This document shows positions 26,011-39,090 of a stretch of DNA of 64,000 nucleotides, one piece after another (position 1 is the stretch's first letter; each line of letters begins with the position of its first letter). Both the position numbers and the translations under genes were made by a program. The notes below the pieces were generated by a model. That model searched no databases. It was not told the DNA's origin and worked only from the letters and a program-made list of their open reading frames with translations. The DNA comes from Saccostrea echinata. Lineage: Eukaryota. The stretch is taken from assembly GCF_033153115.1 (NCBI RefSeq), contig NW_026889750.1, forward strand, positions 26,598,001 through 26,662,000. The letters run 5' to 3'.

Positions 26011-27007
26011 CTGTTAGTGAGTAATGTATAATGTTTATTTTGAATAATGTCCATAATTTTGTAATTTTGCATTTGTTTATATATGAACATGTGTAATTAT
26101 CTGATGTTTAGTTTATGGTAACAGAATTATTAGTATTCGAGATGTACATGTAAAGCCTATTAGATTCCAATTGATTTTGTATTTGTTGTTATTAATATAT
26201 GGATACTTGAGAGTAGTGGAAGTGATATTGCTAATTCTTTTGTACATTGCCAAACATGTATCATTATGTTATAAAAAGATTAGCCTTGAATATGACCTCG
26301 AGTTAAGAGTGATACAATTGGTTACCATTTTTTTCATTAATGTTATTTGTTGTTCATTTTATGCATACATGTCATTGTACATATACATTGCATCGTTGTC
26401 GTTGATTTATACTTACTTGTATATAGCTGCAAGTGATGATCTAAGTAGGCCCATGTCCAGTTACATTCGGGACGAATGTTTTCTTCAGGATGGGGCTATG
26501 TTACGAAATTCATTTCTTCACGTTGTGTATTTAAACCAGTTGATCACTCGCTGCGTATACATAGTGTACTATCCAGTCGGTGTTTACATTAGATTAATAT
26601 GTATAGTAACAATATAACACGTGCTATGTTTGTTATTAAATAATCGGTAGTTGTAAAAGATATTGATTATATGCTGTCAATCGTATATTATTATTTTGAG
26701 TCGGGTTCACTGTTTTTCGACCCGGTCTCGATCTCGATAGCATGTTAAATTTGAAGTCATTTATCACGATTCGTCTATGAACATTTCATTGTCATTGTTT
26801 ATATCACCTTAATAAAGTAATAGCTACTTGTACTTATCGCATTTTGGAAGATAAAATCCCATTTTGTATGGTTATTAATGATTCTCCATTAGAAAACTTC
26901 ACTGCGTGCACTTTCCCTGATTTGTTTATTCCGGAAGTAGCGTAGGGTCGTTTCGGGTCAGCGATTGGTTAATTGAGGTAACCAGTGGGTACAGTAAGAG
27001 TATATAA

Positions 27008-30000
27008 GGCCAACCTTTTTTTATTTCCTGTTTTACGGGAGCGCCGACCCTAATTTGAGCCAAAATCAAATAAAAATAAAAGTGTCTAATTCATGTTTTA
27101 ATTTTATTTCTTCCGCCGAAATCTTACAGACGAATATTCAAAAAATAAATAAAACCTTTTTTTCCACTCGGCATACCTCGACCGATTCGTACCTTATCTA
27201 TGAAGGCAACGAAATCATCCAGCTTTGTCGAATGTAAAGGTTTTTCTAATTGGCTGACATCAATTCACTTATCCAGTCAAAGAAGTCGTAACATATATTG
27301 ATAGTAAAGGCCAGTAACTCTAATTCAAAGTATGGATAGTTCGGATAGCGCCAAAATGTCAACATCGCCAAGATCGGAGAGTTGTGAATATTTTAAAATA
27401 GTCACTATTAACGGTGAAACATCGAAGTCATCGATAAGAAAGATCCATTTTAGTTTAACTATTAATGATGTAGTTAATGAAATAGACGACACCGTGATTT
27501 TGCAAAACTGTTATGCAGAGGGCCATGTGGCAGTTGACGGCTCTATGAATTTCCACGTCTTGAAAGATTTTGGGTATGTATGATCTTTAGGATTATCTTT
27601 TTATGAATTTAAGTTTAACACAAATTATTTTATTAAGAAATTACGATTGAACTGTACGGAGTAGCGTGACAGAGGAAATTCTTTCCTTCGTTAAAGACGA
27701 GAATGACGATTGAAAATTATTTGGATTAGATCTATTATCTTGAAGTTAAAATTATTGTAAATAAATCGTCTCTAATAATAAGGTGTAAATATTAAAATAG
27801 TTGTAGAACAGTGACTCTGTATGTCAAGTCCATACATGACACCAAAAAGGAATCCAGAATCGGGTCATCCTCCATTTTTGATGTTCTGATGAAGGCCTCC
27901 AGAACCTACGAATACTTTCCCCAACTGAGGTTTGTTATTCAATATTCATTTTTTAAATAGGAGTGAGTGCATATTAAAATAAGTTTTAATATTTTAGGTA
28001 AAAAAAAAATATGGAGTTTTATTAATAATTATTGCACGGCCATGTTACATTGAACTTGAAACTAGCTAGATGTCGATTCTAAAGCTAAAACATTGTTTTT
28101 AAATAGAACTCCAAATAATAAAAAAGATGAACTCTTTAATCACACTGTTGCATGGATGAAAGAAAACAAGTGGGGTTTTACATCACAACAGGTGTCATCA
28201 CTTGGTAAACATGTAGTTTCAACACTGACAGAGGCCCTTTGGTTCCTTCACCCATTCTAGGAGAGGTTTAAATCCAGGGGAATTGATATTCCCAAACCAT
28301 TGAATCCTATGACTGGGTATCGAGATTTGAAAAATCAAAAGAAGAAAACGCCTCAGGTACTATTCTTTTAAAACAAAATTATATATACAAGTTTTCAGTC
28401 TTTAACAATTCTGACAAAAATTATAAATATATTTTACAATGTACTTTTTAAAAAATATTTTAAGCTTTCTTGTGAAGAATTGAAGAACAACTGTGAGAAA
28501 ATTTCCGAATTATTGCTGGTCCCTTGGATGAATGCCGAAAATAATAAAAAAAATTCAAGACTATTATTGAAGAGCTGGTATCGCAAATATCCAAATACGT
28601 CACTTTTTTGAATAGAATGAATGAGAGAACCCAGAAAAATCATGAAAAAACAGAACCTGTGAGGGATTTTAAAGACAATTGGGAATTGAAAACTATATCA
28701 TCTCATAGTTTGGGTTCTTCTACTCATCCAGACTATCTTGCAATTGACAAAGCATTAGAAGAAGAACCATTTTATAAAGTGGTTGATTCAATTAACTTTG
28801 AACCTACTGACAAAGAATTAAGAAGAACGTGGATCAAGAACTTAGTTGTGTCATCAACTATAAATCTATTCTCTTATGTAGATATGGAAATTATCTGGGT
28901 AATATTAACCTTGTTTGGAAGATTCCCTCTGAAGGGAAAACCGTGATCCTGCAGAAGTCGCTAGAAACATAAACTTAATAAAAGAAAATGTATTAAAATT
29001 TGCAACACGTCGCATGAGAAAAGATTTCATTAATTTATATCATTGGAAGTGTAAAATACAGCAAGTGATTCTAAGAAGCATGTTTGACTTTCTGACTGAT
29101 TTTGAACCTCCTACTACAAACCAAAAAGAGGCAGTAAGTAATGGATGAAAGATTTTTGAGATATCTTGTAGAACTGGATGACCCTGATGTAATTTTTGAC
29201 TTAAGAAAACATAATGGAAGGCCAAATGATCCCAAATTTGAACCTTTCTGGGAGGGTTTGGATAAATTACTTCAGGAGAAATCAGCTGTGCATGAACGTA
29301 GACAACAATGTGCAGTATTTACGATTTGCAATGTCAGTGTAAGATTTGAGAGAGCAAGTTATGGAGAAGTTACCACCTGGGTCATCTGCTCCATCAGTTT
29401 CATGGATTCGGCTCAATTTTCATCCTAAGAACCCTTATCTTAAAAGTGCAGCACAATATACAGGAAAATTCAATTTGAAGTATTCAGTTCAGCAAAGGTT
29501 ACTCAGGGTACAACACATGGATTCAGACTACTGCAGACAACAGTTCTCACTGCTTAAATCCTTTGCTGTGAAATGGAAGGACTTAAGCATTTTTCAGAGT
29601 TTGGATGACAAGGCCATTGTGCCTTTTGGAAATCCAGAACAACCAGTTTCCACTGGTGTTCGATCACATCATGGAGCAATTGTGGCAAATGAAAATAGAG
29701 TTGTTGCACTGGATCATGACTTCGTCATAGTGCTGAAACAGTGAAGATAGTGCGCAACTATTTTTCCGAGGATGATGTTAACTGTCAGTTTCCTATTGTT
29801 ATTCGCTACACTGATGGAGGGCCTGACCATCGCACCACATTTAAAGGTGTGCAGATGTCATGTCTATTCGAATTTATTGCTTTGGATCTGGACATGTTGG
29901 TAGCAGCCCGTACTGCACCAGCACAAAGTTACCACAACCCTGCTGAACGTGTTATGAGTACCCTAAATTTAGGACTACAGAATGTGGCCCTGGAAAGAAC

Positions 30001-31173
30001 AAAAATGCGTGCAGAGTTTGAAATGCAAGCAAAGTCTCTCAACAGTTTAAAAGCTATTCGTAATGCTACAAAGAGAAATGAGGGACTCAAGAGAGCATTT
30101 TCAGAGTCGATGGATTATCCCTTGTCTATTGTCTATTGATTTGGAAGACTGAAGTGGACAGGAGAAAAATTAATGTTCATGAGGGAGCTTCAGAGGATGA
30201 ACTTAGTGAGTTGAGCAGACTACTCCAGGTCATAGATCCATTGGTAAATTTTGAGGATCAGAAAACATGGAATTCTTTAAAGCTACAGAAATTCATGGAG
30301 AACCATTGTCAGAAAAGGCACTACATGTTCAAGGTATTTTTTGTTTAAAAGTAATATACATTGATGCATCCTGATATGAAAATTATTTTAGTTGAATGTA
30401 TGATAATATCTGAATTACTTAATTGAAATAACTATAGTGACATAATGCTACAATAATTTTTTCCTGTTAGATCAAGAAATGTACTTCAGATCAGTGCGCA
30501 TATTGCATCCTTTGTCCACCAAGAATCCCATTGGATGTCTTTAAGAATCTTCACTTTGTGCCCGATCCTGTGCTGGAAAATGACACCTACCTGGATTTTG
30601 AGAAGATCTATGGTACCAATACAGAAGAAGTGGCCAGACCTAGTGCACAAAAAGCACCAGAAAAATCTGAGAGGGACAAAAAGTTCAAGGCAATTCTAGT
30701 CGCAAGTATGTGTCCAACATGTCCAACTTATAATATATGACAAATTTCAAACATATAATTTTATTATCATTTATAAATAGATTAAATAAAATTACATTGA
30801 TAAAAAGGTCTTGCGACCTGTGAAAACTAGAAATGCAAAAAAAAAAAAAAACAAAAACAAAAAAAAAAAAAAAACAAAGAGGAGAAAGTGAAATTTTAAT
30901 AGAAACAGTTTATCATCATAAATCTCATTTAAAAAATTGCTGTACATCAAAGTTTATTCTTTTCAGATTTTTTCTATGAAATTTTAGGTAATGAAAAACA
31001 AAATTCCATCCAAAATAAGAAATAAAATTTTTAAACACAATTTTTTATTTTATTTTTATTTTTCTGACCGACTGCTTGAATTTGAAACTTTTATTTTTAT
31101 TTTTATTTCGACCCCCCGACTGAATTTTGAAAAAAAAAATCCCGTAAAACAGAAAATAAAAAAAATGTTGGCC
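27008..31173 (+). mobile_element. Zator-type DNA transposon, decayed autonomous copy
   Basis: ~33-bp TIRs ggccaac..tttttattt(c/t)ctgttttacggga and a TAA TSD (27005-07, 31174-76). Confidence 0.85.
27332..30706 (+). pseudogene. Intron-containing Zator-like DDE transposase, disrupted
   Basis: Motifs SLDDKAIVPFG, ALDHDF, YTDGGPDH and ARTAPAQSYHNPAERVMSTLNLGL; C-terminal C-rich region; GT/AG introns (e.g. 30334-30470). Confidence 0.8.
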
Positions 31174-33574
31174 TAAGCAGCGGAAAATTCGTCTGCTAGG
31201 AGGAGAAAGGGGGGAGAGAAATTCGGAAAGCAGAAACCGAGAAGCATCTCCCATATACACCCTATTACTAGGGATGGCTACACAACGCAGATGGGTAATT
31301 ATATTACACTTAGTTAAATTATATTAAGATATGTAGGCGCTGAGATATCCCTGTGGGAGGCCCATAAGTAGAGTTGGGAGACCCATCGACGGGAAAACGT
31401 ATGGGAGGATCTATAGGAGTTACATTTTATTAATAACAGTATAAAGGTCTTATAAATTAGGTATCAACAGAATATCAAATTAAAGAAAATATATTTTCAG
31501 TACAAGTAACTAGTTTTTATAATTATTTTGGAAAATTTAGATTATTCATACGGGTTGTGGGAGTGACATATTTTTAAGGTGTCAGATATTGCGCTTTTTA
31601 TTATTACAATAGTCATATCAAATTGTACATAGTGTAAATAAATCTTATTTGTTGAACTTTTTTCCTGACTTAACTATTCATTCCAAATAAAGTTAACGTA
31701 CGGGAGTGGAAAGCCCACAAAGTTGCCCCACTCTCTCCCGAGGTGGGAGACGCAACAATATAATAGGTCAACATTAAACTTATTTAATATGTATAATAGT
31801 TAACTTGCAACATATAAAGCATTAAACAATTTAAGTCCTTCAAAAAATGTGACCAGATATAGCATGATATTTGAAAAATGAATCTAAATTGTGGTTACAT
31901 GCACTTTGTGATAATGTAGTAAACATGCAACTTATGTTGGCATCACATTAAGGCATGTCAGCATACAACTTATTTATGTAACTTGTCTTGCAAATAAATT
32001 ATGTTAAATATGCAAATCATACACTGTATGTCGACCTGTAACAAATGTGTCAACACGTCAAGATTATTTGTACATCCAAGATATTTAATAACTTTTGGAG
32101 TAAAACATGGCAAACTTTTATATAAAAAATAATTGGAATATATCACAGGTTTTTTTCCCCTGAAATTTGAATGTGCACTGTATTGTTAAAGTGTGTAAAT
32201 CAAAAATGTTGAAAAAGAATATTACGCATAACATGTGAATGTGAAATGCAGGATCCCGATTTATCTCGTGCTTTTCTTCCTAATTTGGTGTACTTACTTC
32301 ATTTCCATATTATTACGTGTAGCTTTATTTTAGTTCTTAATTTTCACAATTCTGCTACAATAAAACTATAAAGTATATTGAATATGGGCAGAATTATCCT
32401 TGGCCTACAGGTTGATCAAAATAATTTTCAAGTTGATGCAATAAGTTGGAGGTAGCGTGATTTTCCTACATATCAACATGCTACCAAGTAAATAACTTGT
32501 TTGTCGATACCACATGGTAACACTGAAACATAGCATGATAATAAAATTAATATATCAAAACTGACCTTCAATACAGCATAACCAATTTATTCCAAAGAAT
32601 AAAAAGAGCAAAGGTACTCAGTCTAATTACAATAATGAGCTATTAACAGTTGTGCGAGAAGTTCAATATCTTTGAATACTTTTATCTAGAAAAATAAATT
32701 TTGATTGGCAAAAACTCTAAAAACAGGTAAGAAATGTTTATGCAATGCAAGATAAACATGTTTACCACTAGATATATTATTGCCTATTAGCTACTATGTC
32801 TGACCAAATTCTTTATTATGGATCTAAAGTATAGGGTTCTGTAAACAAGTTCTCCATATAATTTATAATAAGGTGTACACTTTTTAAACTTTCAGAACTA
32901 TAATTGTAGTGGTATTCCAACAAAATCTTCCTTCAACCCATTTATGCCTCTGCGTAAATAAAAAAAAGTTTTGAAATTTCGACAGAAAACTTTCCTTACA
33001 TTTGCAGTGTGTATAAGGTAAAAAAATATTCAAAATTATAAAGAATAAGTGTCACGTAGAGAAAAAGAATGAATTCAAAATTCTTGTAGTGGTTAAACAC
33101 AGTAATTATCATTAATAATTCTACGATGGGAGTTCTGAGTGGTTTTCTTACCGTAAAAAATGCTAAAAATTAATTATTCATGTACAGTGCACTGTATGGC
33201 AATTATTAATTGTAATCAGTTTTTTAAAAAAATGTAAGTAATGAACACAAGTTCTTGCTTGAGATTTGCAGAGAGATGATCGAATTTCTTTCCAAATTTC
33301 TCTATTACTCTTTTTTGTTAAGGAATTTTGCGTCTGTTTTATAAAGAGTTTCCTTAATCTAAATCAAAATACAAGGAATGATCATTGAGAGAGGTAGTTT
33401 TGACTTGATGTACAAAATTTTCTTTCAAGTGTTTTTAAATGCTTTTATTATTAGATGGATCATAGGAGCTTTACTTATTAAAGATTATTTATTTTCGAGA
33501 AATTTATATTTTATAAAATTAAAGTGTAAATATTGATCTTATCTATTTCATTTTTGACATTGAATTTATTAATT

Positions 33575-34115
33575 TATTCAAAAACTTCTACATGAGAAGA
33601 AAACAATCGCTGTTGCCTTCAACTCGACGTTTATATCGACGACGTATTATCAATTAACAATAGTTACTATCATTCATATGTCGACTCGATATATCCGAGT
33701 GAACGTGAAGTAAAGGACACTACAGAGTCTACCATATCTGTTTCATATTTGAATGTTTCACTGACTATAACATAAGGACCAACTAACAATTAAACTGTAT
33801 AACAAACGAAATGACTTCAGCTTTTCCATCGTCAACTTTCCTTATTTATGAAGTAATATTCCGCTATGTTTCATACCAGTTATTAGACCTTTGTTTTTAT
33901 TCTGAATTTGACGAAGGAATATTCTGTCTACCTGATCAATAAATATGGTCATGGCGGGTGTGACCGATCAGGAGGAGATGCTTACTCCTCCTAGACACCT
34001 GATCCCACCGCTGGAATTTCCAGGGGTCCGTGTTTTATGCCCTGTACACAGATTTGTATTGTTTATAGAATTGTTGAGATCGATAACTGTTCGTTATCTT
34101 CACCTTTTTTCATAG
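33575..34115 (+). mobile_element. Penelope-like retroelement 3' fragment, internally deleted
   Basis: RT remnants YIDDVLSINN...KDTTES..SYL...LYNKRNDFSFSIVNFPYL*SNIP; 3' region shared with the 57706 copy. Confidence 0.75.
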
Positions 34116-34753
34116 GGTACCTGCCGTTACCCTAGGAAAAATGGAGACAACAAAGTATTGATGAAAATATATCACCATTGTGTATTTAAGTGGGGGAAAC
34201 AGCAATGTGTTTCGGCGGTTTGATATCGTATTGCTGAATGATCAAAACTTTAAATTATATCAGGGATCCAACCGTAAATTCTATTGTAGTAAAACAGATT
34301 TTGTAGGCAAATCACCAATACTTTTATGTTTAGCATATGCAATCATTGGTTTGTTTGAAAGATTTGTTTGCATGTTTTCTCTGTTGAAACCATTGACCAG
34401 TATTTTAATAATTTGGATTTCAGACATTTGATTTTTGGGTCATTCTTTGTAATTAGAACATTAGGTATTTCCTTTGGTTTTTTGGCTTTACATTCCATAA
34501 ATACATACATTAATAAATCTAATTAAAGTATGAATCATTATTTATTTTGTATTATCAAACATTACAGATTTTATGCAAAAATAAAAAACTTTTAAGGCTC
34601 TTTTTCTTATAATCGAATCGAAATTATTCAAAAACCGAGGTTTTTCTTTGAACCAAATCGATTCGAAAATTTTCTGATTCGTGGCGTCCCTAAATATTAA
34701 GAATATTGGTCTTTTCCAAATCGTTATCAAATCATGTATGTATTGGATTTTTT

Positions 34754-35393
34754 AACAAGAGGCCCAAGGGCCTTAACGGTCACCTGAGTATGATACAATA
34801 ATTTAAAGGATGCATAGAGTATAATATGAACTGAAAGGTGAAGCTTTGTTGCCCAAAAGAAAAAAAAAATAGGGTGATCATGATCAACAAAATAATTGGT
34901 CTTAATATTCATTAACAGTTCATAAATTAGGTTCTAATCTGTTCCCATTTATCACTATCACCATACGGTATATTAACAAATCATCAATGCTTTTGTACTA
35001 TTTTAATCCCTTGATGAAATCTCTTACATTGGCCTCTCTTGGTCTTTGATGAACATTTAATAAGACAAGTTATTTTTGTCTCATTTTTATTTATCTACTA
35101 CTTACAAGTCTATCTGATCATTAAAACAATGAAAGTACTTTTTGTATTATATAATAAAAGTTTTTGCATAATTCTCTTATTCTATTTACCTTTCAAGTAC
35201 ATTATTTACAGTGATTAATTATCAAAAGTAAATGGCAAAGGGGAATAACTCCTCTCAGTAGAATACAAACTAATAGAGCCCTGGCCAGGACCAGAACACT
35301 TGACCAAATGGTCCAGATGTTAAAAAATCTGATAAAAATTCCCTTCCTTATAAAAATTTTTACTCTATTTACCTCAGATATGCCCAGGTGCGG

Positions 35394-35426
<33 letters not shown>

Positions 35427-37401
35427 ACAGATTCACTATATAATCAATAGAGCCCCCCCCCCCCCCCCCGAAACACCAGAGCTTCTGACCCTGGGACCAA
35501 ACAGGATTATTTAATAGAATTAATGCATTTTCACTATATTATCAAGAGCCCCACCCTCACACCAGCACCTCTGACCCAGGGGTCATGAAAATTCACTACT
35601 TTGAAAGAAGCACTCTTGCTCATCATAACTATACACTTAGCTTCTTTGCTTTTTTAACCAGAAGCAGAAAAGAATATTTTCAAAGAAATTTTGCTTTTTC
35701 ACTTAATAATCAATAGAAGCCACCCCCCCCCCCCTTCACCAGAACCCTTAAACCTGGGGTCATAAAATTCACAATTTTGGAAGAGGCATCCTTGCATATC
35801 ATAACAATGTACTTAGTCTGTATAAACAATACCCAGGGGCAGAGAAGAAGATTTTCAAAGAAATAATTCACCTTGACTATAGGATCTATATAGCCCCGCC
35901 CTAGCACCAGAACTCCTGTCCCCGGGGCCATGAATTTCCCAATTTTGGAAGAGACATCCTTGCTTATCATAACAATGTACTTAGTTTGTTTAAATAATAC
36001 CCAGGAGCAGAGAAAAAGATTTTTAAAGAATTAAAACATTTTCACTTTATAATCAATAGAGCCCAGCCCTAACACCAGAACCCCTGATCCAGGGGCCACG
36101 AATTTCACAATTTTGGAAGAGGCATCCTTGATTAGCATAACTATGTATTTAATGTGTTTCAATAATACCCAGGAGTAGAGAAGAAGATATTCAAAGAATT
36201 AATGCATTTTCACTATATAATCAATAGAGCCCCACCCTAACACCAGAACCCCTGACCCAGGGGCCATGAAATTCACAATTATGGAAGAGGCACTCTTGCT
36301 CATCATAACTATGTACCTAGTTAGTTTATCTAATACCCAGGAGCAGAGGAGAAGATTTTCAATGAATTAATGCATTTTCACTATATAATCAATAGAGCCC
36401 CGCCCTAACACCAGAACCCCTGCCCCTGGGGCCATGAAATTCACAATTTTGAAAGGGGCACTCTTGCTCATCATAACTATGTACCTAGTTAGTTTATCTA
36501 ATACCCAGGAGCAGAGGAGAAGATTTTCAATGAATTAATGCATTTTCACTATATAATCAATAGAGCCCCGCCCTAACACCAGAACCCCTGCCCATGGGGC
36601 CATGAAATTCATAATTTTGAAAGGGGCACTCTTGCTCATCATAACTATGTACTTAGTTACTGAATTTAATACCCAGGAGCAGAGAAGAAGATTTTCAAAG
36701 AATAAATGCATTTTCACTTTATAATCAATAGAGCCCTGCCCTAACACCAGAACCCCTGCCCCTGGGGCCATGAATTTCACTATTTTGGAAGAGGCACTCT
36801 TACTCATCATAACTATATACTTAGTTAGTTTATTTAATACCCAGGAGCAGAGAAGAAGATTTTCAAAGAATTAATGCATTTTCACTTTATAATCAATAGA
36901 GCCCCGCCCTAACACCAGAATCGCAGACCCTGGGGCCATGAATTTCACAATTTTGGAAGAGGCACTCTTACTCATCATAACTATATACTTAGTTAGTTTA
37001 TTTAATACCCAGGAGCAGAGAAGAAGATTTTCAAAGAAATAATGCACTTTCACTATATGATCTATATAGCCCCGCCCTAGCACCAGAACCCCTGACCCTG
37101 GGGCCATGAATTTCACAATTTTGGTAGAGGACTCAGTGCTCATTACAATGATTCCAACAGTTTGACTGCTTGATGTCCAGTAGTAAAGAAGAAGATTTTT
37201 AAAGATTGCATTAATTTTGGTGGTTTTAGCCCCACCCCTCAGGCCCCAGGGGGGCAGGGACCATGAAATTCACAATTTTCGTTCCCCTTTACCCATAAAT
37301 GCTATATGCCAAATTTGGTTGAAATTGGTTGAGCGGTTTCAGAGAAGAAGCTAAAAATGTTCAAATGTTAAAGCACATCGCACGCCGACGGACAAAAACG
37401 G

Positions 37402-37441
<40 letters not shown>
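34754..37441 (-). mobile_element. Helentron-type HINE carrying a satellite array
   Basis: Head ttttaggtcacctgagtcactcaggtgacctattgc (reverse strand, at the 37441 end); 3' subTIR actcaggtgacc plus hairpin aggcccttgggcct-cttgtt at the 34754 end. Confidence 0.85.
35270..37330. repeat. 168-bp tandem array, about 12 units, Cg170/BIV160-like oyster satellite
   Basis: The marker aatcaataga at 36051 and 36891 is 840 bp apart, i.e. 5 x 168. Confidence 0.9.
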
Positions 37442-37933
37442 AATTTATATGATATGGAATAACTGCAACGTAGTTAACTTTATGATATGGAATACATGTT
37501 ATTGCAACAAATGTTAACTTTATTTTATTTAAGTAGGTTAATTTATTGATAAGTTTGTATTCAACATAGTGATCATAAACGTACTTCTGATTACTATTGA
37601 AAAAAAAAATCTTAAAATTTTATGTAAATCATGAAATATGAAGATAACGAATATCCAATCTCGAAAGTCCAATGGAACATTATTCAGTATATAGAAATTT
37701 CAACTTTTCAAAATAGCGTAAATCATACTAAGATCTTTTATATTTTTAAGATGATAAAAAAAAGTAGTAATTTATATGGCCGTACAGGTAAAAAAAAATT
37801 CCATTTAGCCGATCAACAATAAGTCACACCGCCGCGGTGTATACATGGTTGCAGCTAGGACCGCGATGAACTAACCGCAAGGGTGTATCGCGGGAAGGAT
37901 TAACTGTACTGTATATAGTTTAAATATCTTCTC

Positions 37934-39090
37934 AAAACTAGATATATATGTCCGTAGGACAAGAACACCCCCCCCCCCCCCCCCCGAAGGTTCATTAATA
38001 ATGCAACGTGAAAATTTTTATTAGTGTATGAAGTTTCATGAAAATATCTGGAATAGTTTCTTTAAAACTGAGTTTTTTACAAAATAAAAAGTAAAGTCGA
38101 AGATCATTGGGAAGGTCAAGGTAGAAACAACTGGACACAGTTGATAAATTCTCACCAAATGTATCAATGCGTAAGCCTACATAAAAATATCTTGAATCTT
38201 TAGTTTCTTTAAACTGAGCTTTAAAGATAAATTTAAGAAAAGTAAGGTCAAAGGAAAGCTCAATTTCAAAATTGTTGATGCGATTGAATAGCCCTCATCA
38301 ATATGTATATTAAGCATATGAAGTTTGAATAGTTTCTTTGAAATTTAGCTTAACACAAATTTGAAGTCAAAGTCAAAGGAAAGGTCAAAATGTTGATGCA
38401 GTTGAATAGCTCTCACCAATATGTATCGGCATATTATTTTGATTATCAAAATACTGAACAGTTTCTTTGAAACTGAGCTCAAAACTATTATAAGAAAGGT
38501 AAGGTCAAGGTCACATGAAAGGTAAAAAATGTCCATGCAGGTGAACAGTTCCATCAATATGCAGAGGCATATAAGGCTCGATAAAATATCTTAAGTTTCT
38601 TTGAAATTGACATAATTACTAATTTAAGAAAGTAAGATCAAGGTCAAAAATGTTGAAGCAGTGAAATATCTTTTATCAATATATATCAGCATATAAAGTT
38701 TGATCTGAAGAATTTCTTTGAAACTTAGCTGAACACAAATTTAAGAAAAATGAAGTCAAGGTCAAAGGAAAGGTCAAGGTAAAAAAATGTTGATGAAGTT
38801 AAATAGCTCTCATTAGTTTGTATCAGCATATAAAGTTTGATAGAAATATCTTGAATAGTTTCTTTTAAACTGACATAAACACTAATTAAAGAAAAGTGAG
38901 ATCAAAGGGAAGGTCAAGAAATGTTGATGCAGTTGAATAACCCCCATCAATATATATCAGCAAATGAAGTTTGATAAAAATATCTTGAATAGTTTTTTTG
39001 AGCCAAACGCAAAGTGTGACGGAAGAACAGAAGGACTGAACATGGATAATTATGACAAACACTATCATATGCCCCGGCCATGACGGTAGA
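37934..39090 (-). mobile_element. Helitron/Helentron-type non-autonomous element with degenerate ~120-bp tandem repeats
   Basis: Minus-strand 3' hairpin tgtcctacggaca followed by ctagt; recurring aaggtcaaggtcaa...gttgatgcagttgaatag units. Confidence 0.6.

Larger units (their letters stand above)
18652..31757 (+). mobile_element. Decayed Gypsy/Ty3 LTR retrotransposon with an extra ORF
   Basis: TGTTACG...CGCAACA termini, 4-bp TSD ATAT (18648-51, 31758-61), paired LTRs, PPT aggatggggcta before the 3' LTR, domain order gag-PR-RT-RH-IN. Confidence 0.95.
26499..31757 (+). repeat. 3' LTR (~1.09 kb; 26499-27007 plus 31177-31757) interrupted by a DNA transposon
   Basis: Both halves align colinearly to the 5' LTR. 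Confidence 0.93.

Noticed and set aside
26171-26617. Hydrophobic 148-aa ORF as a possible env or TM protein
   Set aside because: It starts at TTG, lies in AT-rich 3' UTR sequence, runs across the PPT into the LTR and has no env features.
35710-37143. Repeated minus-strand ORFs (SSKIVKFMAPG..)
   Set aside because: Artefact of a 168-bp satellite unit whose length is a multiple of 3; no domain similarity.
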